Below, one piece after another: positions 1 through 9,969 of a stretch of DNA of 64,000 bases. Position 1 is the first letter of the stretch; every line of letters starts with the position of its first letter. The DNA lies in the NCBI GenBank assembly GCA_014905635.1, contig JABVCE010000014.1, forward strand, positions 248,001 to 312,000. Direction: 5' to 3'. The stretch is from Scenedesmus sp. PABB004 (lineage: Eukaryota). The notes beneath the pieces were generated by a model. The model worked only from the letters and a program-made list of their open reading frames with translations. It searched no databases and was not told where the DNA came from. The position numbers were made by a program, and so were the translations under genes.

Positions 1-120
1 CCGCCGCTGCACCCGCAGTAGCAGCCGCCCCTGCCGGCGCGCCGCGCCTGGCGCGCCCGGCCGGCGGCACGCAGGCGCCGCCGCCGGCGCGCCGCGCCCG
101 GCGCGGCCCCGGGGCCGGGG

Positions 121-249
121 TCAGTCGCCCCACGCGTCCCGCTCGTGTGGCTCGCCCTCCTTGATGATGCTGTGCTCCTGGGCGTAGCGCCCCAGGCGCT
201 CCATGAAGCCGCCGCCTGGGGAGGGGGGGGGGGCGGCGTATGTGTGTGT

Positions 250-280
<31 letters not shown>

Positions 281-1181
281 TGCGTGCGTGCGTGCGTGTG
301 TGTGTGTGTGTGTGTGGGGGGGGGGGGGGGGTCGTGAGGAGCGCCGGCAGCAGCGGCGGCGGCAACGGCGCGCGCGCGCGCGGCGCGCCGCGGCGGCAGA
401 GCTGGCTGGGCAGCCGGCCGCGCGCCGCGCGCCGCGCCGCACCCTCGGGCGGGCCGGGGCCGTCGGGCAGCTCGTACTCTGGCAGCATCGCGTCGGGCGG
501 GACCTCGGCAAACTGCACGCCCGGCGCGGCGCCGAGGTGGCGCAGGTTCTCCAGCACCTCCACGCGCATGCGCTCCACGTACTGCGCGCGGCGGCGGCGG
601 CGGCGGCGGCGCGGCGGGCAGGCGGCGGCGGCGCGGGGGCGTGGGCGCTCGCGGGCGGCGCGCGCTCGCGGGCGGCGCGCGGGCGCGGCCGTGCTGCTGC
701 CCGCTGCCCGTCGCTCCACCTCCCTCCCTGTCCTGAAACCAGGCCTCGCGCAGCCCGCGCCCGCCCGCCTTTGTGCCCCCCCCCCCGCCGCGCCCCGTGC
801 CGCTGCCGCGCGCACGTCCTTCTTGTTGCAATCGTCCATCACGCGGTGCGCGGCGACGTTGAGGCTGTAGTCGGGCGCAAAGTACCTGCGGGCGGGCGGT
901 TCAGGGGCGGTTTAGCGGCGGGGCGACGCGGGGCGGCAGGGTTCAGGGCGCGGCGCGCGGGGCGCGGGAGGGCGCGGCGCGCGGCGCGGGAGGGCGCGGG
1001 GCGCGGCGCGCTGCGGTGCGCGCGTCGCGCGTGCGCGGCGGGCGGGCGCTCACTCGTGGTAGTGCGTCTCTGGCAGCTCCTCGTGCACGCGCGCGCCGAC
1101 CAGCAGCGCTGTCTCGTACGTCCAGCACCTGCGCGACGGCACCGGCACCGGCGGCGGCGCGGCCGGCTCAGCTCCCCCGCC

Positions 1182-1215
<34 letters not shown>

Positions 1216-3893
1216 GCCCTCCCGCCCCCGTCCCGCCCCCGTCCCCGCCGGCTCGCCGCAGCAGCCCCGCGCCCCCGCGCCGCCGCCCTCCCCTCCCCCC
1301 CCCCTTCTCCCCCCGCGCCGCACCGCGCGACGTTGTGCTTGGTGTAGCCGCCGCCGCCCGTGACGAGCATGGGGACGCCAAAGCCCTTCATAAAGCTCAC
1401 CGCCTCGCCGTGGCCCTTCATGCTCAGGTTGAAGCACCCCAGGCGGTCGTTCGCGAGCGAGTCGGCGCCTGCGCGCGCGTGGGGTGTGTGCGGGCGCGTG
1501 GGTGTGTGGGTGTGAGCGCGCGCGCGCGGCGGCGGGAGCGCGCCGCCAGCAGCCCCAGCCGCGCCCCGCTCGCGCCGCCGCGATGCACCCGCCCGCCCGC
1601 CCGCCCGCCCGCCCGCCCGCCCGCCCGCGCCGCGCCCAGCCCGCGCCTCGCCCCGCCCGCGCCCCGCCCGCGCGCCCGCACCGCACTGCATGACCACCGC
1701 GCCGGGCTGGAACGTCTCCATGACCTTGGCCATGATGGGCTTGAACAGGCCGTGGAAGGTGCGGTCGTCGGTGCCGTCCTGCGCGCGGGGCGTGCGCCCG
1801 GGGCGTGCGTCGGGGGCGTGCGCGCGCGCGCGCGCGCGTGGGTGCTTGTGTGCGCGTGTGTGCTTGTGTGCGTGGGCGGGGAGGCAGCGGCAGGGGCGCA
1901 CGAGCAAGCACACAAGCCAACGCTCCATCAGACGCACAAGCAGACGCGCAAGCAAACGCGCAAGCGAGCGCAAGCAAACGGAGAACGGGGCCTGCCCCGC
2001 GCCCCGCCGCCCCCCCCCCCCCCCCCGCGCCGCGCCTTGAGCGGGACGTTGAGCGTGTAGTAGCGCCCGCGCTGCTCGCCGACGTCCTTGAGGTCGCCCG
2101 TGCCGGGGAAGAAGTAGTCGCCGTACTTGTGGAACGAAACCTGTCGCGGGGGTTTGCGGGCGACGGGGCGCAGGGTTTAGGGCGGTTCGAGGGGGCTTAG
2201 CATCGAGTGAAAGAGGAGGGGCGAGCGAGGCAGGGGGAGGGAGAGGGCGGGCGGGCGCCCCCGAGCCCCCGCCCGCCCCTGCGCCCCCGCCCGCCCTCCT
2301 GCGCCCCGGCCCGCCCTCCTGCGCCCCGGCCCGCCCTCCTGCGCCCCGGCCCGCCCACAAACCCCTGCCCTGAACCCTAAACCCCCTTAGGCCCCCGGGG
2401 TTTACCGTCATGACGCGGTCGCTGAGGTAGAAGGCCTCCTCTACGCCGTCGCCGTGGTGGATGTCGATGTCCAGGTACAGCACGCTGCACCAGGGGGGGG
2501 GGAGCGTGGTGGTGGTGGGCGGGTGCGCGCACCGGTGTGGGAGGGTGTGGGTGGGTTGGCGGGCCGTGGTGGTGGTGGTGGGCGGGTGCGCGTGTGCGGC
2601 AGGGGGGGAGGCGGGCAGCGCGCGCGTGCGTGCGTGCGTGCGTGGGTGGCTTGGGGAGGGGGAGGGGGGCTGTGTGTGAGCGCGGGGCGCGCGCAGACGA
2701 TGCGCCGCGTGCTCACAGACAGCCCCCGCCCCCCTCTCCTTACGTGCACGCACGCGTGCGCCCGCGCGCCCGCGCGCCCGCGCGAGCCCGGCCCGCGCTC
2801 CCCCCCCCCCCCTCTCACCGGGCGTGGTACTTGAGCAGCTCGAGTATCGCCAGCACCAGGTCGTTCACGTAACAAAACCCACTCGCCTGCGCGTGTGGAG
2901 CGGCCGGGTCGGTGCGAGCCCAGCGCGCCCAGCGCGCCCAGCGCGCGCGTGCGCTGGGGCGCGGCAGGGCCGGGGAGGGCATGCCGCGGCGCGGCGCGGC
3001 GCGCGCACCTCGCCCTTCTTGGCGTGGTGCAGGCCGCCGCTCCAGTTGATGGCGGTGTCGCAGAGCCCGTGGTTGAGCCGCACCGCGCCCTGGATCGACG
3101 CGCCCGCGTACAGCCTGCGGCGCACGCGCGCGCGGCGGCGCGCGCGGGTCGGCGCCCGCCCGGGTCGCGCCCCCGCAGGCCGGCCGCGCGGGGGCGGGAG
3201 GCACACACGCCTGCGCGTGCGTCGCCTGCCCATCCCCCACCCCCAACGCCCACACAAGGCAGCACACAGCCAATGAGTCAGCCATCCCACCCACCGGCAG
3301 TACTCGAACAGGCCATCAAAGACGGGGCAGTCCTCATTGAAGTTGTGGCGCCCCATCGCGGCCGCGTGCGCGGGCTCGGCCATGTTGTCGGGCGTCACGC
3401 TCGACAGGAAGTCGACGTACTCGGCGCTGTGGAACTGGCCCAGCTGCGCGGGCAGCGCCTTGACCGCGCGCTGCGCGGCGCGGCGCGGCGGGCGCGGCGG
3501 GCGCGGCGGGCGCGGCGGGCGCGGCGGGCGCGGCGGGGCGGGCGAGGGAGGGTGGGCGGGCGGGCGCACCGCCGCCTGCGCCTGCCGCCGCGTGCGCGCG
3601 CTGCCGCTGCCGCTGCCAGCTGCCGCTGCCAGCCGCTGCCGTCGCCGCGCACGCAGCAGCAGCGCCCCCGGCCGCGCGGCAGCTGCCGGCAGCGGCGCCG
3701 CAGTCACTCACAAAGACGTCCATGTGCTTGTGCAGGTCATAGCCGAGCACGAGCTGGTGCGTCATGGTGAGGCGGTGGGGCTTCATGGGGTGGTTCTGGC
3801 CAAAGTAAAAGGTGCTGAACTCGCCTGGCGCGGGCGCACGGGCGCGGGCGCGGCGTCGGCGGCGGACCGCCGCCGCGGCTGCCGCTGCCGCCC

Positions 3894-3934
<41 letters not shown>

Positions 3935-4157
3935 GAGCCAGAGCTACTTCCGGCGTGCCGCGAGCCAGCACCAGCGAGCGGGCGGCGGCGCGGCAGCGGC
4001 GCGACAGCAGCGGCGCCGCTGCGGGCGCCCGCGGCGCGCCGCCGCGGGCGCGGCCGGCCGCCGCGCGCGGCGAGCGCGTGGCGCGCGTCCCTCCGGACGC
4101 CCCGGGGTGCTCACTGTCGTAAAAGTAGGCCACCTTGCGCTTCCGCTCGCCCGACAT
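121..4157 (-). CDS. HDA9: Class I (RPD3-family) histone deacetylase, HDA9/HDAC3-like; multi-exon
   Basis: Exons give [127 protein letters not shown] at 4157, TGA at 121-123. The HDA9 orthology is inferred from the N-terminus. Confidence 0.95.
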
Positions 4158-4406
4158 GGTGGGGAGCGGGAGCGGGCCCTCCCGGCCCCGCCCGCCCCCG
4201 GGGGCTCGCGGCGCCTGGCCGGCGCGAGTACCTCAAGCCATGGACACCCACAGGGCGCGCCCACAGGCCGGTTGGCGCGCGGCGCAGGGTCGGCGGCGGG
4301 CGGCGGCGGCGGTGGCGGCGGTGGCGGCGGGCGACTAAGGAGGGCGTGGCAGGGCGGTGTGCAGGCGCCGGGGGCGGTCTGTCCACTTGCGCGGCGCCGC
4401 CCCGCT

Positions 4407-4418
4407 ACTGACGTCAGT
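4407..4418. promoter_or_regulatory. 12-bp palindrome ACTGACGTCAGT (CRE/bZIP-type TGACGTCA core) in a divergent promoter
   Basis: Perfect palindrome between the HDAC ATG (4157, -) and the snoRNA host transcript (+). Confidence 0.4.
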
Positions 4419-5260
4419 GCCGGCGGTGCTGTGCCGCCGTGGCACATCTACCAGCGCAGCGCAGCCCCGCATCCAGTTCCCCGCCCCCCGGCGTCCCCCC
4501 CGGCACCCGCACCAACGGGTGCAGCCGCCGGCCTCGCCCCACGCCGCGCCAGGGGCAGCCGCCGGCACAGCAGCAGCGGCAGCCGCCGCCAGCCGCCGCC
4601 GTCCAGCCGCGGCGCGCAGGCCGCCGCGGTCGCCGCCATGAAGACGGCACCACGATCAGCATCGCGAGGTGCCGCTGGGCAAGCACGTTGTCGCGGTGTG
4701 GCCGCCAGGTGCGGGTGGCGGGCGCATGCCGCCCGATCGCGAGCCGCCCCGGCCCAGCGCAGCGCCGCCCGGTGCAGCGCGGCGGCGACCGGCCGCACTG
4801 GTGGCCCGGGCACCTGTCGCGCCCGCTGTCGGCAACGCAGCGGCCACCCCGGCGAGCGCGCCGGGATGGCGGCGCCATCACGCTCCGGGCCCCGAGCCCG
4901 TCCGGCGCGCCCGCGGCCCCGCGCCGCGCCGGCAGCGGCGCCCCGGCCCCACCACCGCGCCCGCCCCGGCCCCGCCGCCTGCCGCGCCGCGCCTGACCCC
5001 CTCCGGACGCTTCCGCCGCCGCCGCCGCCCCAGGCCGCCGCCGCCATGATGTGAAGCCATCGAGGATGGCTCCTCTCCTCCCCTCCTCCTGCCGAGCCCC
5101 TGACCCGATGCCATCAACACCACAGCCGCCATGACCCACACCCACGCGCCGCCGGCCAAGGTGAGCGACACGCCGGCGGCAGCCGCCGGCTGCAGCCTGC
5201 CGGGGTGCGTTCGTGTCGTGCGTGCTGTTGCCGCGCCCGCACCGCCAGCGCGCGCACCGC

Positions 5261-5354
5261 CGTGGGACGTGACGATTGTTTTTGTCGCCCCAGTCCTATT
5301 TGGCCCACAGCCAGGGCGCAAACAATGAGGATTGACACCATGTCTGATCCCACG
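5261..5354 (+). ncRNA. Box C/D snoRNA, U31/snR67-like (LSU rRNA Gm in GGCUGGGGCG)
   Basis: Terminal stem CGTGGGA/TCCCACG, C box GTGACGA 5269, D box CTGA 5344; antisense CGCCCCAGT 5286-5294. Confidence 0.75.
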
Positions 5355-5431
5355 CCGCGTGCGCGCGCCCGGCCTCGCGGGCCGGCTTTTCATCTTGTGT
5401 TTTTTCCTGCCTGCGCGCGCGCGTGCGCCGC

Positions 5432-5519
5432 CGCGTCCCTGATGACAATCCTTATCCCAGCTCACTCTGAGCTACTGCATTGAGGAAAAACAAAGTTTCA
5501 CGTTCATGTCTGAGACGCG
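5432..5519 (+). ncRNA. Box C/D snoRNA, snR71/U29-like (LSU Am in GUGAGCUGGG)
   Basis: Stem CGCGTC/GACGCG, C box CTGATGA 5439, D' CTGA 5467, D CTGA 5510. CCCAGCTCAC pairs with LSU GUGAGCUGGG and the +5 rule hits the A (yeast Am2946 equivalent). TCACGTTC pairs with the adjacent GAACGUGA. Confidence 0.85.
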
Positions 5520-5590
5520 TGCTGCGCCGCGCGCCGCGCGCGCGTGTGCTGCTGCTGCGTGTGGCGTGCGCGTGCTGCGCTGGCTGGCTG

Positions 5591-5700
5591 GCGGCAAGGG
5601 GATGACGAGAATTTTCCCCGGATGATCGACGCTGATTCGAAGCACTCTGTTGTTGCGGTGTCAACAGCCGCAACCAAGCCAGACAACCTGACCCTTCCGC
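5591..5700 (+). ncRNA. Box C/D snoRNA, target unresolved
   Basis: Stem GCGG.AAGGG/CCCTTCCGC, C box ATGACGA 5602, D box CTGA 5688, internal hairpin TTGCGG..CCGCAA; AT-richer than its flanks. Confidence 0.65.
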
Positions 5701-5773
5701 CGCCGCCGCGCGCGCTGCTCTGCTCTGCGCGCGTGTCGTGTGTGCCTCTGCCGTGGTGGTGTTGTTGCGGCCG

Positions 5774-5866
5774 CGTGGTGAGAGGTGACGACTTACCCCT
5801 TTTGGTCCGTGTTTCGTAGCCAGGCACGCACTGGTGACGAGAGAAAGGCTCGCCGATCTCACCACG
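5774..5866 (+). ncRNA. Box C/D snoRNA, U18-like
   Basis: 10-bp stem CGTGGTGAGA/TCTCACCACG, C box GTGACGA, D box CCGA. TTGGTCCGTGTTTC is complementary to LSU GAAACACGGACCAA, the U18 target. Confidence 0.85.
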
Positions 5867-5939
5867 CCGCGCTTGTGCTGTTGCTGTGCTGTTGTGCTGC
5901 ATGCTGTGTGCTGTGTGCTGCCGTGTCGCGCGCGCGCGG

Positions 5940-6036
5940 CGCTGCTGCGGGGATGACAAACCGGATTTCGGACTAGAGTATCCGAGGCGCGCCGCGCCCC
6001 TGACGATACTCTCCCTTGGCTGTCTGAGCACAGCGC
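5940..6036 (+). ncRNA. Dual-guide box C/D snoRNA (U52/snR78-like plus U53-like; plant snoR37-type)
   Basis: C box GGGATGA 5950, D' CCGA, D CTGA 6024. TCGGACTAGAGT pairs with LSU ACUCUAGUCCGA; CCCTTGGCTGT pairs with LSU ACAGCCAAGGG. Confidence 0.85.
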
Positions 6037-6124
6037 CCGCGTGCTGTGCCGCGCGTGCCGCCGTCGTCTGCCTGCGCTGCGCGCGCACCACCACACCACA
6101 CCACCGCACACCCGCATCGCACAA

Positions 6125-6299
6125 CGCTTCTATATCAGTTGGTCCCGCGGCCGCGCGGTGCCGCGGGGCCCGTTCCCAGAAGCGAGATCGATGAGGCCGC
6201 CGCGGTTTTGGAAGAGCTGCGTGTCGGTCGTTGCTCCCGGGCCCCGCTATCCTGGCTGGCGCGCGCGACGCCCCTCCGGGACGATGGGCCCGGACATCC
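6125..6299 (+). ncRNA. Box H/ACA snoRNA, snR37-like (LSU Psi in GGGAACG-U-GAGCUG)
   Basis: Hairpin CGCTTCT/AGAAGCG with pocket strands CAGTT and CGTTCCC flanking the target U; AGA/H-like box 14 nt downstream. Second hairpin CCGGGCCC/GGGCCCGG is followed by ACA at 6294. Confidence 0.75.
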
Positions 6300-6513
6300 C
6301 CCCTCGCCGGCCGGCGCCCTGCCTGCGCGGGCCCGCGCCGCCGCTCACGCGCGCCGCCGCCGCCCGGCACGCGCCGCAGGCCGACCGTCGCCACCGCCAG
6401 TCCATAAGGGACGGCCCCGAGGGCGCCGCCTCCGAGGTGAGCGCGCGGGCTCGCAGCGCAGCGCTGCGCCGCGCCGCCGCGCCGCGCGCACGCTACCACG
6501 ACGGTCGATGCGG

Positions 6514-6627
6514 GGCCTGCGTCCGTGCCCTTGACGTCAACAATACGGGTAGCCACACCAAACGGGGCGCGTTTCAGTGCTGGCAGCGCGCGCGGTGCTG
6601 CCAGCATGTATAGTCGCCCCGACACCC
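6514..6627 (+). ncRNA. Box H/ACA snoRNA; predicted target SSU rRNA UUAUAC-U-GUGAAAC
   Basis: H box ACACCA 6555-6560. 3' hairpin CGGGGCG/CGCCCCG with upper stem TGCTGGCAGC/GCTGCCAGCA and pocket GTTTCA / GTATAG; ACA at 6622, 14 nt from the pocket. Confidence 0.75.
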
Positions 6628-6909
6628 CCGCCGCCGGGCTGGGCTCACCCGACGCCCCCCGCCGGCCCCGTGCCGCCGCCGCGCTCACCCGCCCGCCGCG
6701 CCGCCGCCGCTGCCGCCGCTGCCCAGGCGTCAAGGGCAGCCTGACGCCTGGCCGAGCTCCAGCCCGCGCGCTCAGCAGGTGAGCACGCCGGGCGACCGCG
6801 CGGGTGGTTGGTGCGTGGCTTTGCGTGGTCGAGCGTCTGCGTGCGCGCTGCGCGGGCGCGGCGCCCACGCCGCGGCGCCCCCGCCGCGGCGGCTCCCTGC
6901 ACGGCCGGC

Positions 6910-6997
6910 TGCGCTGTGACGACACCTTAGAGGCTGTTTATGATCACCCGCTGATTTCAACCTCTAAACAAAACGACTTCTCTTTCCACTGAGCGCA
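6910..6997 (+). ncRNA. Dual-guide box C/D snoRNA (LSU GAACAGCCUCUA, U95-like; SSU 3' GGAAGGAGAAGUCGU)
   Basis: Stem TGCGC/GCGCA, C box GTGACGA 6916, D' ATGA, D CTGA 6989; antisense TAGAGGCTGTT and ACGACTTCTCTTTCC. Confidence 0.8.
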
Positions 6998-7070
6998 CCC
7001 CGGCCGTGCACCTGCGCCCCCCTTGTGTGCGTGCGTGTGTGCGTGCGTGCGCGTGCGTGCGTGTGTGAGC

Positions 7071-7830
7071 GAGCACCGTGACGACGCCCCGCTGCACCGG
7101 GGGTTTCCTGCCCCCGCCTGCTGACGCGTGTCGGACGCCGCAGCGCCCGAGTGCTCCTCCTTGCTGTGTGCGCGCGTGTGCGCTGATGAGACTCGCTGCG
7201 CTGGGGGTTTCCTGCCCCCGCCGACCGGCCTGTGCCGGACGCTGCAGCCTCTGAGCACACCCCTGCCGCCGTTGTGTGCGTGCGTGCGTGGCGCCTGCGT
7301 TGATGAGCCTCGCTGCCCTGGGGGTTTCCTGCCCCCAACGGCCGACGCTTGTCGGACGCCGCAGCTGCTGAGCAGCGCCCGCCTGCCGCGCGTGTGTGCT
7401 GTGCCGCCTGCCGTGACGACGCCCGCTGCGCCGGGGGGGTTCCTGCCCCCCGCGTCCGGCCCCGTGCCGGAGCCAGCAGCATCTGAGCATCCCTGCCCCG
7501 CTTGTGTTGTGCGTGGCGCCTGCGTTGATGAGCCTCGCTGCCCTGGGGGTTTCCTGCCCCCATCGGCCGACGCTTGTCGGACGCTGCAGCTGCTGAGCAG
7601 CGCCCGCCTGCCGCGCGTGTGTGCTGTGCCGCCTGCCGTGACGACGCCCGCTGCGCCGGGGGGTTTCCTGCCCCCCGCGGCCGGCCCCGTGCTGGAGCCA
7701 GCAGCATCTGAGCATCCCTGCCCGCTTTCTCTGTGCTGTGTGTGCCGCCTGCCGTGACGACGCCCGCTGCGCCGGGGGGTTTCCTGCCCCCCGCGTCCGG
7801 CCCCGTGCCGGAGCCAGCAGCATCTGAGCA
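7071..7830 (+). ncRNA. Tandem array of 7 paralogous orphan box C/D RNAs (~75-85 nt each)
   Basis: C boxes at 7078, 7183, 7300, 7413, 7525, 7638, 7754. D boxes at 7147, 7251, 7368, 7483, 7593, 7708, 7824. Each has a terminal stem, a GCTGC/GCAGC helix, a GGGG-TTTCCTG-CCCC hairpin and a second variable hairpin; copies are separated by GT-rich spacers. Confidence 0.8.
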
Positions 7831-7997
7831 TCGCCCTCCCCTGCCCCGCCGTGCGTGACGCGCCCGCCTCCGCCCGTCTGCCCGCAGGCACGCCCCGAGA
7901 CCCCTCGCCCAGCCCGGCAGTCAGCAAAGGAGGCCGACCGCGCCCACCCCACACCCTCCAACGGTGAGCGACTGCGGCGCTGCCGGCTGGGCTTGCT

Positions 7998-7998
<1 letters not shown>

Positions 7999-8051
<53 letters not shown>
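7999..8051. repeat. (TG)n microsatellite
   Basis: About 25 TG units inside the host-gene intron. Confidence 0.95.
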
Positions 8052-8054
<3 letters not shown>

Positions 8055-8083
8055 CGTCGGTGCTGCGCGGTTGGTTTTGCGGC

Positions 8084-8294
8084 GGACGGTGACGACACTG
8101 CGCTGCGCCTGGGGGTTTCCTGCCCCCACCGGCAGCGCTCGCTCGCTGATGCAGCAGCCGCCGAGTCCTCGCCCCAACCTGCGTGCGCGTGTCTGTGCGT
8201 GCGTGTGCCGCTGGCGATGACGACGCCTGCCTCAACCGGAGGTTTCCTGCCTCCGCCGTCTGACCAACCGCGACGACGCCCGGGGCGCTGAGCC
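8084..8294 (+). ncRNA. Two further, more diverged copies of the orphan C/D RNA family
   Basis: C box GTGACGA 8089 with D CCGA 8161; C box ATGACGA 8217 with D CTGA 8288. The last copy has the compensatory stem CGGAGG-TTTCCTG-CCTCCG. Confidence 0.75.
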
Positions 8295-8417
8295 GTGCCC
8301 TGTCCCTCCGCTGCGCGTGTGCGTGTGCGTGTGGTTGCTCGAGGCGTCGCGCGCAGCCCGGCGCGGCGCGGCGCGGCGCGGCGCCGTCCCGCGCCGCCGC
8401 GCCGCCGCGCCGCCGGC

Positions 8418-8689
8418 GCACATCTGTGATGCAGCTCGCCACTGTTGCACAGCGCCGCAGTGGAGCCGGGTCCCAGCCCCGAGCTGGGAGAACCTACTCG
8501 GTGCAAGCTGCGGGCGGCCCCGCCACCGGGGCGGCGGCCCTGCTCTCGCAGGCCGCCCGCCCCGGCGGCCTCATGCCCGCCGGCGCGCGCCGCGCGCCCC
8601 GCGCGCGCGGCGCCGCCGGCCCCGGATGCAGCGGCGGGTGCCCGCCGGCGTGTGCTCACGGCGCGGCTCGGCCGCAGTCTGAGATGTGC
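8418..8689 (+). ncRNA. Long (~270 nt) orphan box C/D RNA candidate
   Basis: 7-bp terminal stem GCACATC/GATGTGC abutting C-like GTGATGC (8426) and D box CTGA (8679); internal hairpins such as TCCCAGC/GCTGGGA. Confidence 0.5.
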
Positions 8690-8861
8690 TCCGCCGCCGC
8701 CGCGCCGCCGCTGCTCCTGCAGCGCGCGGCGGGCGCGTGCTCGCGCGTGCTCGCGCGCGCGCCCGTGCGTGCTTGGTGTTGAGGCCAGCCAGCCAGCGCT
8801 GTGCTGTGCTTTGGTGTTGAGGCCAGCCAGCCAGCCAGCCAGCCCGTGCTGTGCGTGTGCA

Positions 8862-9001
8862 TTGGTGTTGCCGGTGATGAAGATTCCAACTTGGGCTTTT
8901 CTCAGAAAACATTCGCAGGGCCCGTCTAGAGCTTTCGCCTTTCGCCGGGCTTGAGAGCTGTTGCGGTGGATACCTTCCTTGGATGTCTGAGGCAACACCA
9001 A
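8862..9001 (+). ncRNA. U14: U14 snoRNA
   Basis: 11-bp stem TTGGTGTTGCC/GGCAACACCAA, C box GTGATGA 8874, domain A ACATTCGCAG, domain B CCTTCCTTGGATGT directly before D box CTGA 8987. Confidence 0.95.
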
Positions 9002-9100
9002 CGCGCGCTGCTGCGTGTGTGGCTCTGCGCGCGTGTGCCGTGTCCTGTGTCGTCGCGTGCGCGCGCGCGCGCGCGCGTGTGGGGCCTCTGCCGCGGCGTC

Positions 9101-9201
9101 GCTGGGGGATGAGAGCACAGTTGGACAATCACGACGGTCTTCTTAGCGGCCTTCCCACAAGGGGGCCGGGCAGACAATCCACTGACTCACTGGCTGACAG
9201 C
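9101..9201 (+). ncRNA. Box C/D snoRNA, U35/snR73-like
   Basis: Stem GCTG/CAGC, C box GGGATGA, D box CTGA 9194; TCACGACGGTCT is complementary to LSU AGACCGUCGUGA. Confidence 0.8.
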
Positions 9202-9969
9202 TCCTGCTGCGGCAGCAGGCCCCCCGCGGCGCGCGCCCCGCGCCGCCCGCGCGTCGCCGCGCCGACGCCGCTGCGCCCCCCGCCGCCCCGCCGCCGCCCC
9301 GCTCCGCCCGCAGGCGCTGGGCTGTGCTGCCGCTCGGCGACTGCTGCGCCGCCGCCGGGGGACTCCATCGACGACGTCCGGCGGGCGCGCCGGGCCGGCA
9401 AAGCGGCGCCGCCCTGGCCGGCAGCGTGCGCAGCGCGCGCGCTCGGGCGTGTAACTCACCCGGCGCTGCGTGCCCGCGCTGGTGCCTCTCTCCGCGACGG
9501 TGCCAGCCCAGGCAGCGTCGCCCCCGCAGCCGGCCCACACTCGCCCAGCCCGGCCAGCACACCGGCCGGCGGGTGACGCACGCCGACCCCGCCGCCGCCG
9601 CTGCAGGCGCCGTGAGGCCGGGCTCAGGCGACGGGCGATGCCAGCGCAATATCCATCACTCGCCGGCCTGGCGCCAGGCTCGCGGGGGGCTGGGACGAGC
9701 GGGGCGGGCGGCAGCCAGGGCCGGGCGCATCATCGGCGCGCCGTCCTCCGCCCACCCCGCCGCCGGCGCGCCACCCCATCACTCCTTCGCCACTCCGCCA
9801 GCTCGCGGCCCGTTAGCGGGAGAGCCCAGACCAAGCTCTCCCAGCGCTGCCAGGCCGCGCGCTGGCCCACCACCCGCCTCTCTCCCCCGCTGCCTCTCGC
9901 CCGCCGCCGCGGACCGCCAGTCCCGGCCACCCGGCCCCGCGCGCTCCCTCACCGCCATCGCGCGCAGCG

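Larger units (their letters stand above)
4440..9470 (+). ncRNA. Spliced non-coding snoRNA host gene with intronic snoRNA clusters
   Basis: Donors at 4669 (GTGCCG), 5161, 6437, 6779 and 7964 (all GTGAGC). Acceptors CAG end at 5033, 6379, 6726, 7887 and 9313. TGTAA at 9450-9454. The two ATGs tested (4638, 5131) give only short spliced ORFs (<50 aa). The 5' end is approximate. Confidence 0.75.

Noticed and set aside
1..21. Possible 3' end of a plus-strand gene (PPLHPQ*)
   Set aside because: Too short to support.
225..331. Poly-G and (GT)n tracts as functional elements
   Set aside because: Ordinary intronic microsatellites and homopolymers, common throughout the window.
4638..6744. Small peptides from host-gene exons (MKTAPRS..., MTHTHAPP...)
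   Set aside because: They terminate within 50 codons after splicing and show no recognisable similarity.
7071..8294. CRISPR or TIGR array interpretation of the repeats
   Set aside because: Eukaryotic intron context, no cas or Nop-domain gene nearby, irregular period, and low-complexity or duplicated spacers rather than unique ones.
6944..9118. 724-aa repetitive ORF (GGRKPP repeats) and its overlapping frames
   Set aside because: Antisense translation of the snoRNA array; conservation follows RNA pairing rather than codons.
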